A stretch of DNA of 64,000 nucleotides, from assembly GCF_018977255.1 (NCBI RefSeq), contig NW_024704743.1:32180001-32244000 (forward strand). The letters run 5' to 3'. The stretch's first letter is position 1. Each line of letters opens with the position of its first letter. Made by a program: the position numbers and the translations under genes. This stretch comes from Callorhinchus milii. Lineage: Eukaryota. Of the stretch, positions 12,820-25,339 are shown piece after piece. The notes beneath the pieces are model-generated. The model did no database searches. It was given only the letters and a program-made list of their open reading frames with translations, and had not been told where the DNA came from.

Positions 12820-13290
12820 TAGAATATACAGCACAGAAACAGGCCATTCGGCCCAACTGGTCTATGCCGGTGTTTATGCTCCACATGAGCCTCCTCCTGC
12901 CCTTCCTCCACTAAGCCTTCAAGAATAACCTTCTATTCCTTTCTCCCTCATGTACCTATCTAGCTTTCCCTTAAATACAAATATGCTCTTTGCCTCAACA
13001 ACTCCTTGTGGTAGCATGTTCCACATTCCCACTGCTCTCTGTGTGAAGAAATTTCTTCTAACTTCCTTATTGATCTATTTGTGACTATTTTATGTTGATG
13101 GCCCCTGGTTTTGGTCTCCTCCACAAGTGGAAACATCTTCCTTATGTCTACCCTATCAAAGACTTCCATCATTTTAAAGACCTCTATCAGGTCAGCCCTT
13201 ACCATCCTCTTTTCAAGAGGAAAGAGTCCAAGCATGTTCAGCCTTTCCTGATCGGTATAACCTCTCAGTTCTGGGATCATCCTTGTGAAA
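12820..13290 (-). mobile_element. CR1 LINE 3' end
   Basis: MIPELRGYTDQERLNMLGLFPLEKRMVRADLIEVFKMM...TRGH, typical CR1 ORF2 C-terminus. Confidence 0.9.
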
Positions 13291-13699
13291 ACATTGGCTT
13301 TCATGATGATTAAATAAATCAGTGAGTAATACATTAGAGATATTATGGGTAGATAATTTTACTAGATTATTTTTTGCCCAGGGTATGGTATTCATAATTG
13401 GCCTCATGAAGTTATCGGCATCTCTTCTGGAACCTGGTGGGGCCTGGGTTTCATAATAAGAGTTAAAAAAGCAAACAATTCACTTCTAACAAAAAAACTT
13501 GTTGAGAAAGAATCCAGCGACAGTTTTACAACCCAAATCCATTTCAAAGATCCGAAAATGATGAGATCAAATCCAGTACAACAACAACTTACACTTATGT
13601 AGTGCCCTCCATGCAGCGTAGCATCTCAGAGCACTTAACAGTGGTGGAGCCTCACTCTGAGCCGGGGGGAGGTGGGCATAAGCACGGGCGAAGAGAAGT

Positions 13700-14360
13700 A
13701 TTCAAATAAGATCCTTGTTTATATTAATCCTTGCATTTGATTAAGAGAAAAAGTAAAACAAGGGATGGAATAGGGGCATTGAAGGTGGGATCAGGTGAGG
13801 CTATGACAAATGATGCTACACAAGGTGCATGAAGTATTAAATCATTTTATTGCCTCAGTTTTTAGTAAAGAGATGGAAAATTTATTGGATCTGGAAAGAG
13901 AACTCAGTCATGTTGCAGAAGCGAGTTGTAACACTATACATAGCATTACCAGCATTTCAGTGATACGTGCAGACTTAAGGTAAACAAATTCCAAGGGCCA
14001 GATAATTGCATCCGAGGATCCTTAAGGAACTAAGAATGGAAATTGCAGGAACTCTGGCACAAATCTTTCAGAAATCACTAAATATTGGAGAGGTGCCTGG
14101 GGTCTGGAGAAAGGCAGATGTTAGCAAAAGTGATCCAGGAAACTACAGACCAGTGAGTTTGCTGTCCATTGTAGGTAAAGTTATGGGAGACCCTTATAAA
14201 ACATAAGATTATGGAGCATCTCTGGACAGTAATAAAATGATAAAAGATAGCCAATATGGGTTTATGAAGAAGAGATTCTGCCAAACTAATTTACTGGTTT
14301 GCTTTGACTGGGTGACAAAGGGGCTTGATAAGGATAAGGCAGTGAATGTTGTATAAGTTG
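13700..14360 (+). mobile_element. CR1 LINE ORF2 (RT) internal fragment
   Basis: HPRILKEL...IFQKSL..GEVP..WRKA.V...DPGNYRPVSL; SQYGFMK...CQTNL. Confidence 0.9.
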
Positions 14361-15800
14361 AGGAAGAGAGGACCAAGGGCAGAGTCCTGAGGAACATCAC
14401 ATGAGACTGTGCAGGAGCTGGAGGAGAAGCCGTTTGGGAAGACAAAGTGGAGACGGTGTGAGAGGTAATAATAATAATAATAATAATAATAATCCTTGCA
14501 TTTGATATAGCGCTTTTCACGTCGGGAGGACGTCCCAAAGCGCTTCACAGAACACACTGTAAAGTGAATTGACTGTACATTTGTGGGCGAACGCGGCAGC
14601 CAATTGCGCACAGCAATGTCCCACAAACAGTCGTAGATTAAAAATGACCAATTTATTATTGTTTTGTTTTGGAGGGATTATTATTAGGCTCTGTGTGGAG
14701 TAAGGAAACTTGCCCAAGGTTTCGCCCTCTGCCTGGAATTGAACTCAGGTCTCTCACTTGCAAAGCGAGTGCTCTCACCACTGAGCTATAGGATCTGAAT
14801 GACTGAAGGATAGAACCATAAAGCTTGAGGTGAGAGGAGAGGTGGTGGAGGAGGATAGAGTGGTCAACGGTATTAAAGGCAGCAGAGAGGTCAAGGAGGA
14901 CAAGGAGGCAGAGGGAGCCCAGGTCACAGATGGACAGAATGTCATTTGTCACTTTGACCAGGACTATTTCTGCGATGTGGGCAATAACAGCAAAGTATAC
15001 TTATATAGTGCCCTTCATGTTGGAAGGATGTCCTAGGGTGCTGGACAGTCAGGGGTTTTTGCACCCCAGCTGGGAATTGGGATCAGGAGGGGTGGAGGGC
15101 ATGGGGGATGGGAGTGAGAGGGTGGCCGTAGGCACAGTCAAAGAGGAAGATCTTTAGACAGGACTTGAAGGAGGCAAGAGAGGGGCTGAGGCAGAGGATT
15201 TGTGGGATAAATTTCCAGAGCGTGGGATCCAAGATGCTCAATGCCCAACCACCAATGGTACGGGGGACCTGAAGCAGGCCAGTGTCCACCGAGTGGAGGG
15301 AGCAGACAAGCTAATACCTTGTAGGCGGTTGGAGAGGTATGGGAGAGCAAGACCATGGAGGGCTTTGAAGGTGAGAACAAGGGTTTTGTACTTAATTCTT
15401 TGAGGGATGGGGAGGCAGTGAAGCTGGGTAAGAACAGGGGTGATTGGTTTGTTGAGCCTGGTGGAGGAGAGGACATGAGCTGCAGCTTGTGGAAGGAAGA
15501 GTTGAGAAATCCAGCAAGCAGGCAGTTGGCGTAGTCAAGCCGGGATATGATGAAAGAGTGGATGGTGTCTCGGCGGCCTGTGGTAAAACCCAATTGATGG
15601 GGCAGCAAGGAAACCCAATTGGAGGGGTTTGTAGAGAGAGTGGTGGGAGAAGAAAGCGAAGCTGGGAACCAACGACTCATTCAAGGACCTTGGAAAGGAA
15701 AGAGAGGTTGGAGATGAGGTGGTAATTTGAGAACAGGCATGGGTCCAGGTAAAGTTTTTTGAGGATAGGGGTGATGATGGCTTTTTTTTAAGGCAATGGA
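14360..15800 (-). mobile_element. L2 LINE fragments, interrupted by a SINE and by a second L2 3' end
   Basis: LLVLLDLSAAFNTVDHSILL; HSFIISRLDYAN.LLAG. Confidence 0.85.
14466..14795 (-). mobile_element. SINE family B (short form), inserted in an L2 fragment
   Basis: Reverse complement of the same element; begins with (TAA)n tail. Confidence 0.9.
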
Positions 15801-17336
15801 AAATCAGTAGGTATGATATGGTAAGAATTTCCACATTGAGAATCCAAGGTTTGTACAATTTTTCACGTCAGAGGCTATAGTTTTATTAGCTGATATACAT
15901 TTTATCTGCTAGTATCTGTTACAGATCTAATATTTTTACAACACTTAAGTCTGAAAACTCTCCATTTGCACAGCTTCTGGCAACAGTTTTTCGTGGGTTT
16001 AATTTGCTTGCAATAGAAAAAAACACTTGAAAATTGGCATTTAGTTTTTTTTATTTCAGAGAGTTTATGCATAAGAGATCAGTATAACCTAAGGCTCTAG
16101 TGGAGCTGGCAAGTATTGGGGTAATGGGTATGTGGAGTTTTAAGAAAGTTAATATTATTATTAAAAGCTACAATTTGATGGGATTGAGTAAAAATGAGCC
16201 CGGATTCTTGATCGCTGTTCTGTATCACTGCTAGAAAGCGTACCTGTGGAACATTTGACTAAATCATAAAAGATTCAGTAATGGTTGATTTTCGTCAGTA
16301 GAAATCGTAGACTATGTGATTCCAAGTCCCGACATGGGGCTTGAACCCACAATCTTCTGACTCAGAGGCAAGAGTGTTACCACTGCCCCAGGCTACGCTG
16401 TGAGTGGAATGTATTTTCAGGCATTTGTGATAGACAACATTTTTATGAATGAGAATCATGCAATTATGTAACAGTCTTATAACTCCTGCCCACCCAAACA
16501 GTGGTTTGTTTGAACTATGCACAGATGTATCAATTAATTGTCTAAAATTCTAAGATACAATAAATCAAATATATTACATGTTACATTGTATCGCTTACTC
16601 CTGTCACTACTTGAATTCAGAAATGTGATTTTGATTACATTTTGAATACTAAAAGGTTTAGTGCCCAGTAGATTTCCTCTATTGCAACAACTAAATGTCT
16701 GTAGTTTCATTGTTACTAAAAATACTTTTATGTAAGATTTCTACTCATTTACTTTTTTGAAAGTAATAACAATAATAATCCTTGCATTTGCCTTTCATGT
16801 CAGGAGGACATCCCAAAGAGCTTCACAGAATTTACTCTGAAGTGGTTGTGTATTTGTTGGCAAATTTGGCAGCCCAATTGCACACAGCAATGTCCCACAA
16901 ACAACAAGGATTGTTGGCCAGGACACCAGGAGAAACTGCCTACCCTCAGGGAGAATGTTTCAAAAGTTTTTGCCTTAGCCTGCGAGTCTGGATTTTTTAA
17001 AAATTCACACTTAATTTGGAAGGTGCTTTTTTGCAAATAAACTGGCTAAGAATCACAGAGGGAATTCTGCATCAATTCTGCACTAACTCTCAGAGCAAGA
17101 TATTTATTCAATCCCACCGTGCTGGTCTCTCCCCACCACACCCCTTGAAGCTTTGATCTTTCATATAAGGTTTACTTCCCTCTTGAAACCCACAATGGAC
17201 TCTGCCTCTACCACCATACAAGGCAGGGCATTCCACATCCTAACAACACTTAAAAAAACTCCTAAATCTCTTAGTGAATCTCATTCTGCTTGAATATTAT
17301 ATATTTATATATATATAATATTTATATATAATATAT

Positions 17337-17687
17337 ATCCTGAAGCTCAGTGGTTAGATCACTCACCTTGCAAGCGAGAGACTTGGGTTTGATTCCTGGC
17401 AGAGCGAAATGTTGGGCAAGTTTCCTTACTCCACACGCCTCTGTTTACCTAGCAGCAAGTGGGAACCCGGTTGTTAGTCCATTGGCGTATCGCTTTTCCG
17501 GGGATAATAATCCCTCAAAAAAAATTTGGTCACTCAATCCATGACTGTTTGTGTGACACTGCTGTGCGCAATTGGTTGCCATGTTTTGCCTAGAATTCAC
17601 TTTACAGTATATTCTGTGAAGTGCTTTGAGACGTCTAGAAGATGTGAAAAGCGCTATATCAAATGCAAGGATTATGATTATTATTAT
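17337..17687 (+). mobile_element. SINE family B (long form)
   Basis: Same head and tail plus an extra about 60-nt segment CTGTTTACCTAGCAGCAAGTGGGAACC... Confidence 0.88.
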
Positions 17688-18262
17688 CTAAAGGTCTTTA
17701 GCCACTGACTCTCTTAACAACAACATCAAAATTACATTTGTATTGCGCCTTTCACGTCGGGAAGACGTCCGTCTAACACCTCAAGACTGAATTTAATGAC
17801 CTTTCAAAATCCTGTGGAAACCTGAAACAAAATAATTCCCGGCTATGTAAGAGAAGGTGACATTTCAGGCCTCTTGAGCGAGAGTCTGCGCACATCCCAT
17901 AACCAGAGGAAATGCTTTCCATCCACTAGAGGACGTCGGATAACATACAAAAATAGCCCTCAGTGCCAGATCTGCTTGCAAACTGCGTACGTAAGGGCCC
18001 AGGGTAGGGTGACCATATTTTCTAAATCAAATCCCTGGTCACACACACACACACACATAAAAAAAGACTCAACCCACCACAATTTCCCATGGGGCAGTCA
18101 GTGTAGGAGCAGCTTGTTGGATTAAATGGTTGTGTTTCTCTGATGAGTGCATCTGTTATTAGAATTGTTTCTGCACAGTTTGTTGCTGGACTGGAGTGCG
18201 GGGGGTGGGGGGTGGGGGGGGTCACGTTTGGCCCCAGGGACAACAGGGAATAACCTCAAGGA

Positions 18263-19609
18263 ATGTCCAGGAAAAGGGCTCCCGGCGATGCCTCTCTCCG
18301 GATGAGCAGCGGGCTACCGAGCGGGGGCAGCTGGAGGCTGGTGCGGGAGATCGAGGTGAACGTGTTGGAGTGCAAGGTTTGCTTCGAGAGCTACAGCAGC
18401 GGCCGCCGGCCCTGCAGCCTGCCCTGTGGCCACGCCGTCTGCAGGCTGTGCCTGGCAGCCCTGAGCACCGGGGCGGTGAAGCTCCATGCGGGCAGCTCCC
18501 AACCCGACATCACCGACACCGCCTCCGCTGCTGCCGCTGCTGATGATCCCGGAGCCTCTCGGCGGCTGCTGCAATGTCCCTTCTGCCGCAAGACCTGGGC
18601 GGCTTGTCTGGCCGCTGACTGCCTGCCTCTGCTGCAGCTGGCGGAGCTGGTGGAGGAGGAGAAAGGGCAGGAGGAAAAGGAGGAGGAAGAGGAGGAGGAC
18701 ATGGGCTCCTCCTGCAGCCAACCCCCAGCCCCGCCAGCCTCCCCGGCTCCCTGGCCCCGGCTGAGCTGCCAGGCGGTGTCAGGGGGCTGGGGGCAGCTGC
18801 TGAACCCCACGGGCATCGCATTGTGCAGCAGGTCAGGGCGGGTGGTGGTGGCTCACGACGGGCAGAAGCGCGTCAGGGTTTTCGACCCGAAGAAGGGGAC
18901 GTGCCTGCGGGAATTCGGCTCCAAGGAAGACATCAGATACCCCCTAGATGTGGCTGTGACCCAGGACGGGCTGGTGCTGGTGACGGATGCGGGGGACTCG
19001 GCTGTCAAAGTCTTCACCCCCCACGGACGGCTAGTCATGACGATCAGAGAGAGCCTGGCTCTGCCTTGGGGGGTGGACATCGGCCCACAGGATCAGGTGG
19101 CCGTGGCCGATGCAGAGCTGGGCTCCCTCTCTCTGCTGCACATCGACTTCCGCACCAGGACCTTGGTGAGGAACCAACGCGTCTGCTCCACCTTGCGCCG
19201 CCCCCGGGAGGTTGCTATCTGCCCGGCGACCGGCTTCATTCACGTGGTGGAGCACCTCAGATCTCAGCCTGCAGGGAGCACCAGCCCCGTCTGCTTGAGC
19301 ACCTTCAACAACCAACAGCAACTCATCTACCAAATGGATAGCTTCAGGTTGGGTTTGCTCAACACCCCTCAGCTGTGGGTCTCTGGCATCACTGTTGATG
19401 GCAAAGGCAATGTCCTCATCGCTGAAGCCAACCACAAGGCTGTGGTGTGCCTGGGGAATCCTCAGGCTCCTCAATACAGGACAATCATTAGCCAAGGGCT
19501 CTCATTCCCCCTGGGATTAGTTTGCATTGGAGACGACACTTTGATTGTGTTGGACGGTGGAGATTATTCGTTCAAAGTCTACAGAGATTTTTACCAAACA
19601 AAACCCTAA
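18263..19609 (+). CDS. NHLRC1: E3 ubiquitin ligase malin (RING + NHL repeats), single coding exon
   Basis: 448-aa ORF; C3HC4 RING (LECKVCFE...CGHAVC..C...CPFCR) then NHL repeats (GGWGQLLNPTGIALC, DIRYPLDV, VTDAGDSAVKVF, LPWGV); lies between TPMT and KIF13A as in mammals; start could also be Met14. Confidence 0.97.
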   Translation: MSRKRAPGDASLRMSSGLPSGGSWRLVREIEVNVLECKVCFESYSSGRRPCSLPCGHAVCRLCLAALSTGAVKLHAGSSQPDITDTASAAAAADDPGASRRLLQCPFCRKTWAACLAADCLPLLQLAELVEEEKGQEEKEEEEEEDMGSSCSQPPAPPASPAPWPRLSCQAVSGGWGQLLNPTGIALCSRSGRVVVAHDGQKRVRVFDPKKGTCLREFGSKEDIRYPLDVAVTQDGLVLVTDAGDSAVKVFTPHGRLVMTIRESLALPWGVDIGPQDQVAVADAELGSLSLLHIDFRTRTLVRNQRVCSTLRRPREVAICPATGFIHVVEHLRSQPAGSTSPVCLSTFNNQQQLIYQMDSFRLGLLNTPQLWVSGITVDGKGNVLIAEANHKAVVCLGNPQAPQYRTIISQGLSFPLGLVCIGDDTLIVLDGGDYSFKVYRDFYQTKP

Positions 19610-19805
19610 TCGGAAAATTTTCCGTCTATCAGTTTCCTGAAGAAAATGGAGTGGGACTTGACGGCGACGTATTTAAAACACGATTGAAGCAGCTTTAGTA
19701 ACTAAAAGATTTAATTTAAACTCTTTAGGCACACCTGTAATGTTTAGATGCGTCCAGTTTTTGGGAAGAGCAGAAAATTTGAACTGTGAGTGTGAAAGTT
19801 ACAAA

Positions 19806-19811
19806 AATAAA
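19806..19811 (+). promoter_or_regulatory. Probable NHLRC1 polyadenylation signal AATAAA
   Basis: AATAAA about 200 nt after the stop, followed by T-rich sequence. Confidence 0.55.
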
Positions 19812-19849
19812 GTGTTAAATGTATATTTCATTTTCTTCTTCGTGCCCAT

Positions 19850-20105
19850 ACATTGGGATTTGGAATCACATCATCTAGGTTGACACACCAATGCTGTGCT
19901 GGGTGTGGCTAAATTGTTGGAGGTGCCGTCCTTTGGATGAGATGTTAAAAAACTGAGGTCCCATCTGCCTGCTCAGGTGGATGTTAAAGATCCCTTGACA
20001 CTATTCAAAAAGAGAAGGGAGTTTCTCCCAGTGTCCTGGCCAGCAATCCCCCAAATAAAATCAGTCATTCTCTCCATGGCTGTTTGTGGGACATTGCTGT
20101 GCACA
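19850..20105 (+). mobile_element. DeuSINE-like fragment
   Basis: GGAGGTGCCGTCCTTTGGATGAGATGTTAAA...CAGGTGGATGTTAAAGATCCC. Confidence 0.78.
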
Positions 20106-22754
20106 ACTCAGGCCGGCCCTCTAGAAATCTTCTTGGATACCAATCTCGGCTGATCTGCTTTAGCTCTCAGAAGTCAACAGAAATTAGTTCAGTGCCCAAG
20201 TGGAGTTCCGACAGGTCAATGTGAGATACAACCAGGTGAGGGCAAGGCTTTTTTTTCACAAATCCTGCTAATTAGACCCCATTGAGATGATACTCATGTG
20301 TTTCAGTTGTCCCTTTGCTTCTGCTAGTCACGAGCAGTCACAGAATAGAGATCGTGTACAGAACACCCCGCTTTGTGACATTTGAATAGGAACTATCAAC
20401 AGAGACAGACGGTCCATTCATGAAATCACAGAGAGGAAGTTCAGCACAAGATGCTTGCTCCAGAGATCTCTTAATTCACAGACTTACATGTGAGAAAAGA
20501 CGTGCAGACTTCTCCCTGTACAAAATAATGATGAGGGACTCTGGGCTCAATCCAGTGAAGTATATTTACTATATATTTATAGAATTCCTGGAACAAACCA
20601 AGACTTGGTGACTTTCTATGGCATCAAAAACATTCGCTTTATTGATAATAAATTATAATATATGTTCCAATTATGCAATAGGTTTCATTCCTCAATATGA
20701 AATACTCTGATCTCACCCATTTTTATAACTCAGTAATATTCATTATTAAAAATACACCGACCTAATTTTTACCTCTTCGACTGATTAGAGCTATACAAAT
20801 GTAATCTTGTTGTTGTTGTAGGGTCACCTCTTCCCTCCCCCCAGCTCAGCATCAGGTTCGGTCACTGTTCAGCGTCTTGGGACATCCTCCCGATGTGAAA
20901 GGCGCTATACAAATATAATTTTTTTGTAGCTGTTAAGTGCTCCCGAGACGTTGCCCCACGTGAAGGGCGACATATAAATGCAAATTATTGTCGTAAATAA
21001 CTTTGATATGTTTCTAGGCGCTGTGTAAATTGGATAATTTTTGACTCTGGACCAGGCTTAAACAAAGCGAACAATGAGTTGATTTTGTTTAATATTTATT
21101 TCCCAGGTACAGCTTGGATGGCACCGATGAATAAACAATAGTGCCAACAGATTTGCTTTCATTTCTGATTGCTACCTAGCTGGAAAATAATTTGAACTTC
21201 AAATAAGGACAGAATCAGGCTTAGCTATGGTGTCTTCGTGTCACTCTCCAGGCTCCTACATAATGAATGGCTGTTTTGACAAGGGAATTGAGGACTCCTG
21301 GGGGCTTTAGAATCATGAACCACCCAGAGGAAAGAAGATAGGGAAAGAAGGAGCCTGTATTATTATAGCGCCTATAATGTTGAAACATATTAAAGCTCTT
21401 CACAGTTAATTACTGTCAAGGGTAGTGACTATATCTGTAGGGAAATGTGACAGTACAAGGTGGGGCTTAACCCCCAACCTTCTGATCCAGTGAATGTTAC
21501 AACTGAATTAAGATGATAAAATGAGAAGGTAAGAAGCACAGGATTGTGCTATCTAGAGTGTGCCGGCTGATCCTTCAGTAATTTGGGTTTGCCTAATCAA
21601 TAATAATAATAATCCTTGCATTTGTTACAGCGCTTTATCACATCTTAGAGACGCCTGAAAGCGCTTCACAGGACACACTGTAAAGCGAATCGACTGTGTA
21701 TTCTGTGGGCAAAAGAGCAGGCCAACTCCACTAGTAACTCATAATAAAAAGGTAGCCGAATTTCCTGGACCATTCTCGAGTTGGCTATCCTTTTGTTGCC
21801 GGAACATAAAAGGGCTGACACTGGAGAAAATTATGTGAGGAGATTGCCCGTATGTACAGAATGTATGACATCTTTACGTAAAGTGGGGCGATGATGCCAT
21901 ACAAATGACTCACCCACAAATGAGACATTTCAAGTTTTTTTTACAGATTTGTCACTACCTAAATATCTTCAGCAGTTGCAAGACTTCCCTTGGCCTACAC
22001 TGCCACTGTTTAATACTTCTTACATTTGATATAACTTTGTATGTGAACGCAGCAGCTTCTGAAATGTGGAGGCAAAATACATGAATTAAAAAAAAAGCAG
22101 GCACACAAAAACCAGTGCTGGACTCTCAGCAACTCTACTCCCCCCAATGTAACCTGTGCTGCAGAGTATAAAAGTGGCATGTTGTGTCAGAAAGTGTAGC
22201 TCCTTTACTGTTGATGGACAAGAAGTTGCATGAAAACCTATAGATTTTAGAAATTGTAAAAATATCTTTGGGGGGCAGGAGAGATTTCAATTACAGTAAC
22301 TGTCAAGTCCTAATGGAAACAGCAAAGTGGTTGGAAATTTGATGAGAGAAACAGTGCTGGAATAACAGGGCAGCTCAAATTTCTGCCCAGAGGGAATGAG
22401 TTAGCACCTTGCAAGGCCTTCTGTCTCTCTCTCTCCCCTCTGTCTGGGCCCCGAGCCTGGAGCGGAATAAAGTCAGTGATGAGATTTAAGAAATAATGTA
22501 TAAGTTATGAGAGATAGCGTGGAAAGATGGTAGTTTAAGAGTCAAAAGTTAGGTCACATAGCTTCACATGGACATTGGCAAAATTTTTGGCTATTTATAT
22601 TTTATACAGGGTGTCACTCATGGAGCATTAGTTTACATTCTAATTGCTCTTGCCTTCAATTAATAAAAAGCTGAGTAAGCCACCGCCAGGCAATTAATCA
22701 GCTTCAATGACTCTTTGTGTATTTCTGTCTCTCGCTTGGCTTCTGCTGTCAGTT

Positions 22755-23195
22755 TGGCTCAGTTGGTAACAACTTTTACCTCTGGGTCAGAAGGTTTTGA
22801 GTTCAAGCTCCATTGTCTAGACTCTAGGCTAACACCCCAGTTTGGTACTGGGGGACTAATGTATTGTCGGAGATGAAATTCAGATGAAACTTTAGATCCA
22901 TAGAAATTTACAGCACAGAGGAGGCCATTTGGCCTATCATTAAACCAGGGTCTCATTTGCTTGTTGAGGAGGACTTAAAAGATCCAATGCGACTACTGTT
23001 AAGGGAGGGGATCTTCTCCTCATATCCTAGCCAACAATCCTCCAGATTAAGTGGTCATCTACTTCATGGCTTATTATTGAATCGTGCTGCTTGCAAAATG
23101 AGTAACCATTTGCCTAGAAAACAGTCACTACATTTGATAGTAATTATAAAGTACATAGAGATGTTTTGACTTTATAAGTGCTATAAAAATCCAAG
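22755..23195 (+). mobile_element. DeuSINE-like element, diverged
   Basis: GGCTCAGTTGGTAAC...TCTGGGTCAGAAGG head, degenerate body and tail. Confidence 0.65.
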
Positions 23196-23589
23196 TTCTT
23201 TATATATGGTTTCTGACATGCACTGATCTTTAAGGTCAACAAGCATTGCATTGTGAGTGAATTGTTGTGTAAATTGCAGAATAAGGGTTTCAATGGAGCA
23301 CATCAAAATTTTCAAAAAAGTATGCTTGGGTAGAAATTGATCAGTGAAATGATAGCGAACAGATGTTAATTTAGTGCTGTTAATTAAGCCATTAGATAGT
23401 TTACTCAGCTATGTATGCCAGCAGACTATGGCAGTCTATGTCAAACTACATAGGAGAGGATGTGTTCAGAATGCTCCCAGGATCTGAATCTGGGCTATGC
23501 AATATCAGTGGCAGGATGGAATGCAGGATGGAAGCTGGGACCATATAAAAACATGTATTCGTTCCCATTAAAGTACTTGAAAAGAGCAA

Positions 23590-23870
23590 GTACAATGAAT
23601 GTACAGCATGGAGACAGGCCTAACCAGTTCATGCTGGTGTTTATACTCCACAAGAGTCTTCACCCACTCCTTATTCCCTCCCATACCCTCTATTCCCCTC
23701 TCCCTCATGTGAAGGTTCAGCTTTTTCTTGAATGCATCTGCACTATCTGATTCAACCACCGCTTCACGCAGCGAGTTCTATAATCTCACTACCCTCTGCG
23801 TGAAGTAGTTCCTCTTAAATTCTCTTTTTGATCCCTCAGTTGCCATCTTATATTTGTGTCTCCTGGTTAT
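23590..23870 (-). mobile_element. CR1 LINE 3' end
   Basis: FKRNYFTQRVVRL; VESDSADAFKKKLNLHM. Confidence 0.8.
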
Positions 23871-24002
23871 GTCAAATTTAACTATAAGGTAGAATTTGCA
23901 TATTGTGCCAACTATGTGCAAATGCATATTTATGAAGGAATTATAGGAACCCTTAACTGTGCAATTGACAACCAACAAAGAATTGTAGGTTTCTGCAGTG
24001 GT

Positions 24003-24238
24003 GTGGAGAAATTTCACTCCGGGTTTAGAATTACTCAATTTACCCAGTGTTTCAGAACGTCTAGATTTTGGGAAATTATTAAATTCAGTCTTAACTTTAA
24101 TTCAGGTTTCAGCAATTCTTAAAATAATTTACAGAAAAATGCTTTCAAAACTAAGACTGTATTTAGAAATTTGCAAAATTCTGGATGCTCTAAAATGCTA
24201 CATTATTAAAGTCTAGATCCAGGTGAAATTTTCCACCA
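24003..24238. mobile_element. Palindromic MITE-like element, same family as 1610
   Basis: GGAGAAATTTCAC...GTGAAATTTTCCACC ends; shared internal AATTCAGTCTTAA. Confidence 0.68.
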
Positions 24239-25339
24239 ATGGAGCACCTTCTATCAAAAATACTATACCAGTTTTATTAGATAATTATCTGGTATCATTT
24301 AGGTATTTTGTTCAAGGTAAAAAAAAACTACTGTTCATACTATTTCCTGAGCTATATTAAAAATTGATATCCAATACTTATAAAAACCTTTAATTAGAAA
24401 TACTTGAGTTTTAAGGACATTGCTTTGGACATGATTGAAGGAGCTGCATGTGACTCATAACATATTTGTATAAGTACATAATTTAGTGATACAGCTTGGG
24501 AAACACATGAAATAAAGCACTCTTCCTAGGCTTTCCTTCTCCTTTAATAAAGCACCAAAATGATCCCTGATAATAATCTGCACCACAATACAGCTGAACG
24601 TCTTCCCAATACGTTTACATATGAACTAACATATCAATACAAAATCTCACAGACCACACACCTAATATTCAAGTCAATTTCTTTATTTTTTGCTCAGCTG
24701 AGTGTCTGACACATGCGGAAACCCATCACCATGCTTAAGAGTATCTAAAACCAAACTGAGATTTCTGTGCATCCCACTTATACATGGAAATCACAGAGAA
24801 AGATTGTTGGAATAGAATGCACACTCTCTCCCTGGAAGGACACATCCTGCTAGTTAACAGGAGCAGAATGGGATGACTCCCTATCCCCAGTGACCTTCCA
24901 GGTCCTGCTGATGAGCTATTCTGGCTGTGCTGCCATCAGCAGTGCCCTAGAATACCATGGACCCACCCGGCTCAGGAACCAAGCTACTGAGACTGCCCCG
25001 GAGGACTGACTCGATTCCGACATTCCATTGCCAGGCGTGTCACCTTGGAGCCAGTTTATCAGTGTAGTGTTGCTATGGATCCTAGATCTTGTTTATAATG
25101 TAGATTCTCCTAATATGGCAATGACATAAACTGGATATGATCCCCTCCTCTGGGGTTTCTAGTCAGAACAGAACCAATGTGACTCAGCTTGTTAGCAGAA
25201 TGATTTCTGTAAGTTGGCACACAGTATCTGTAGGTTTTTAAGATATGCTTAGCCTGTCAAACCCAGGAGAGGAGGGCAATCTTTTAATCTGATGCACAAA
25301 TTACAAGACAATGACAATAGAAACCCATCATATTATTGT

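Noticed and set aside
18196..19495. Overlapping alternative-frame and antisense ORFs across NHLRC1
   Set aside because: Expected shadow ORFs of a GC-rich CDS
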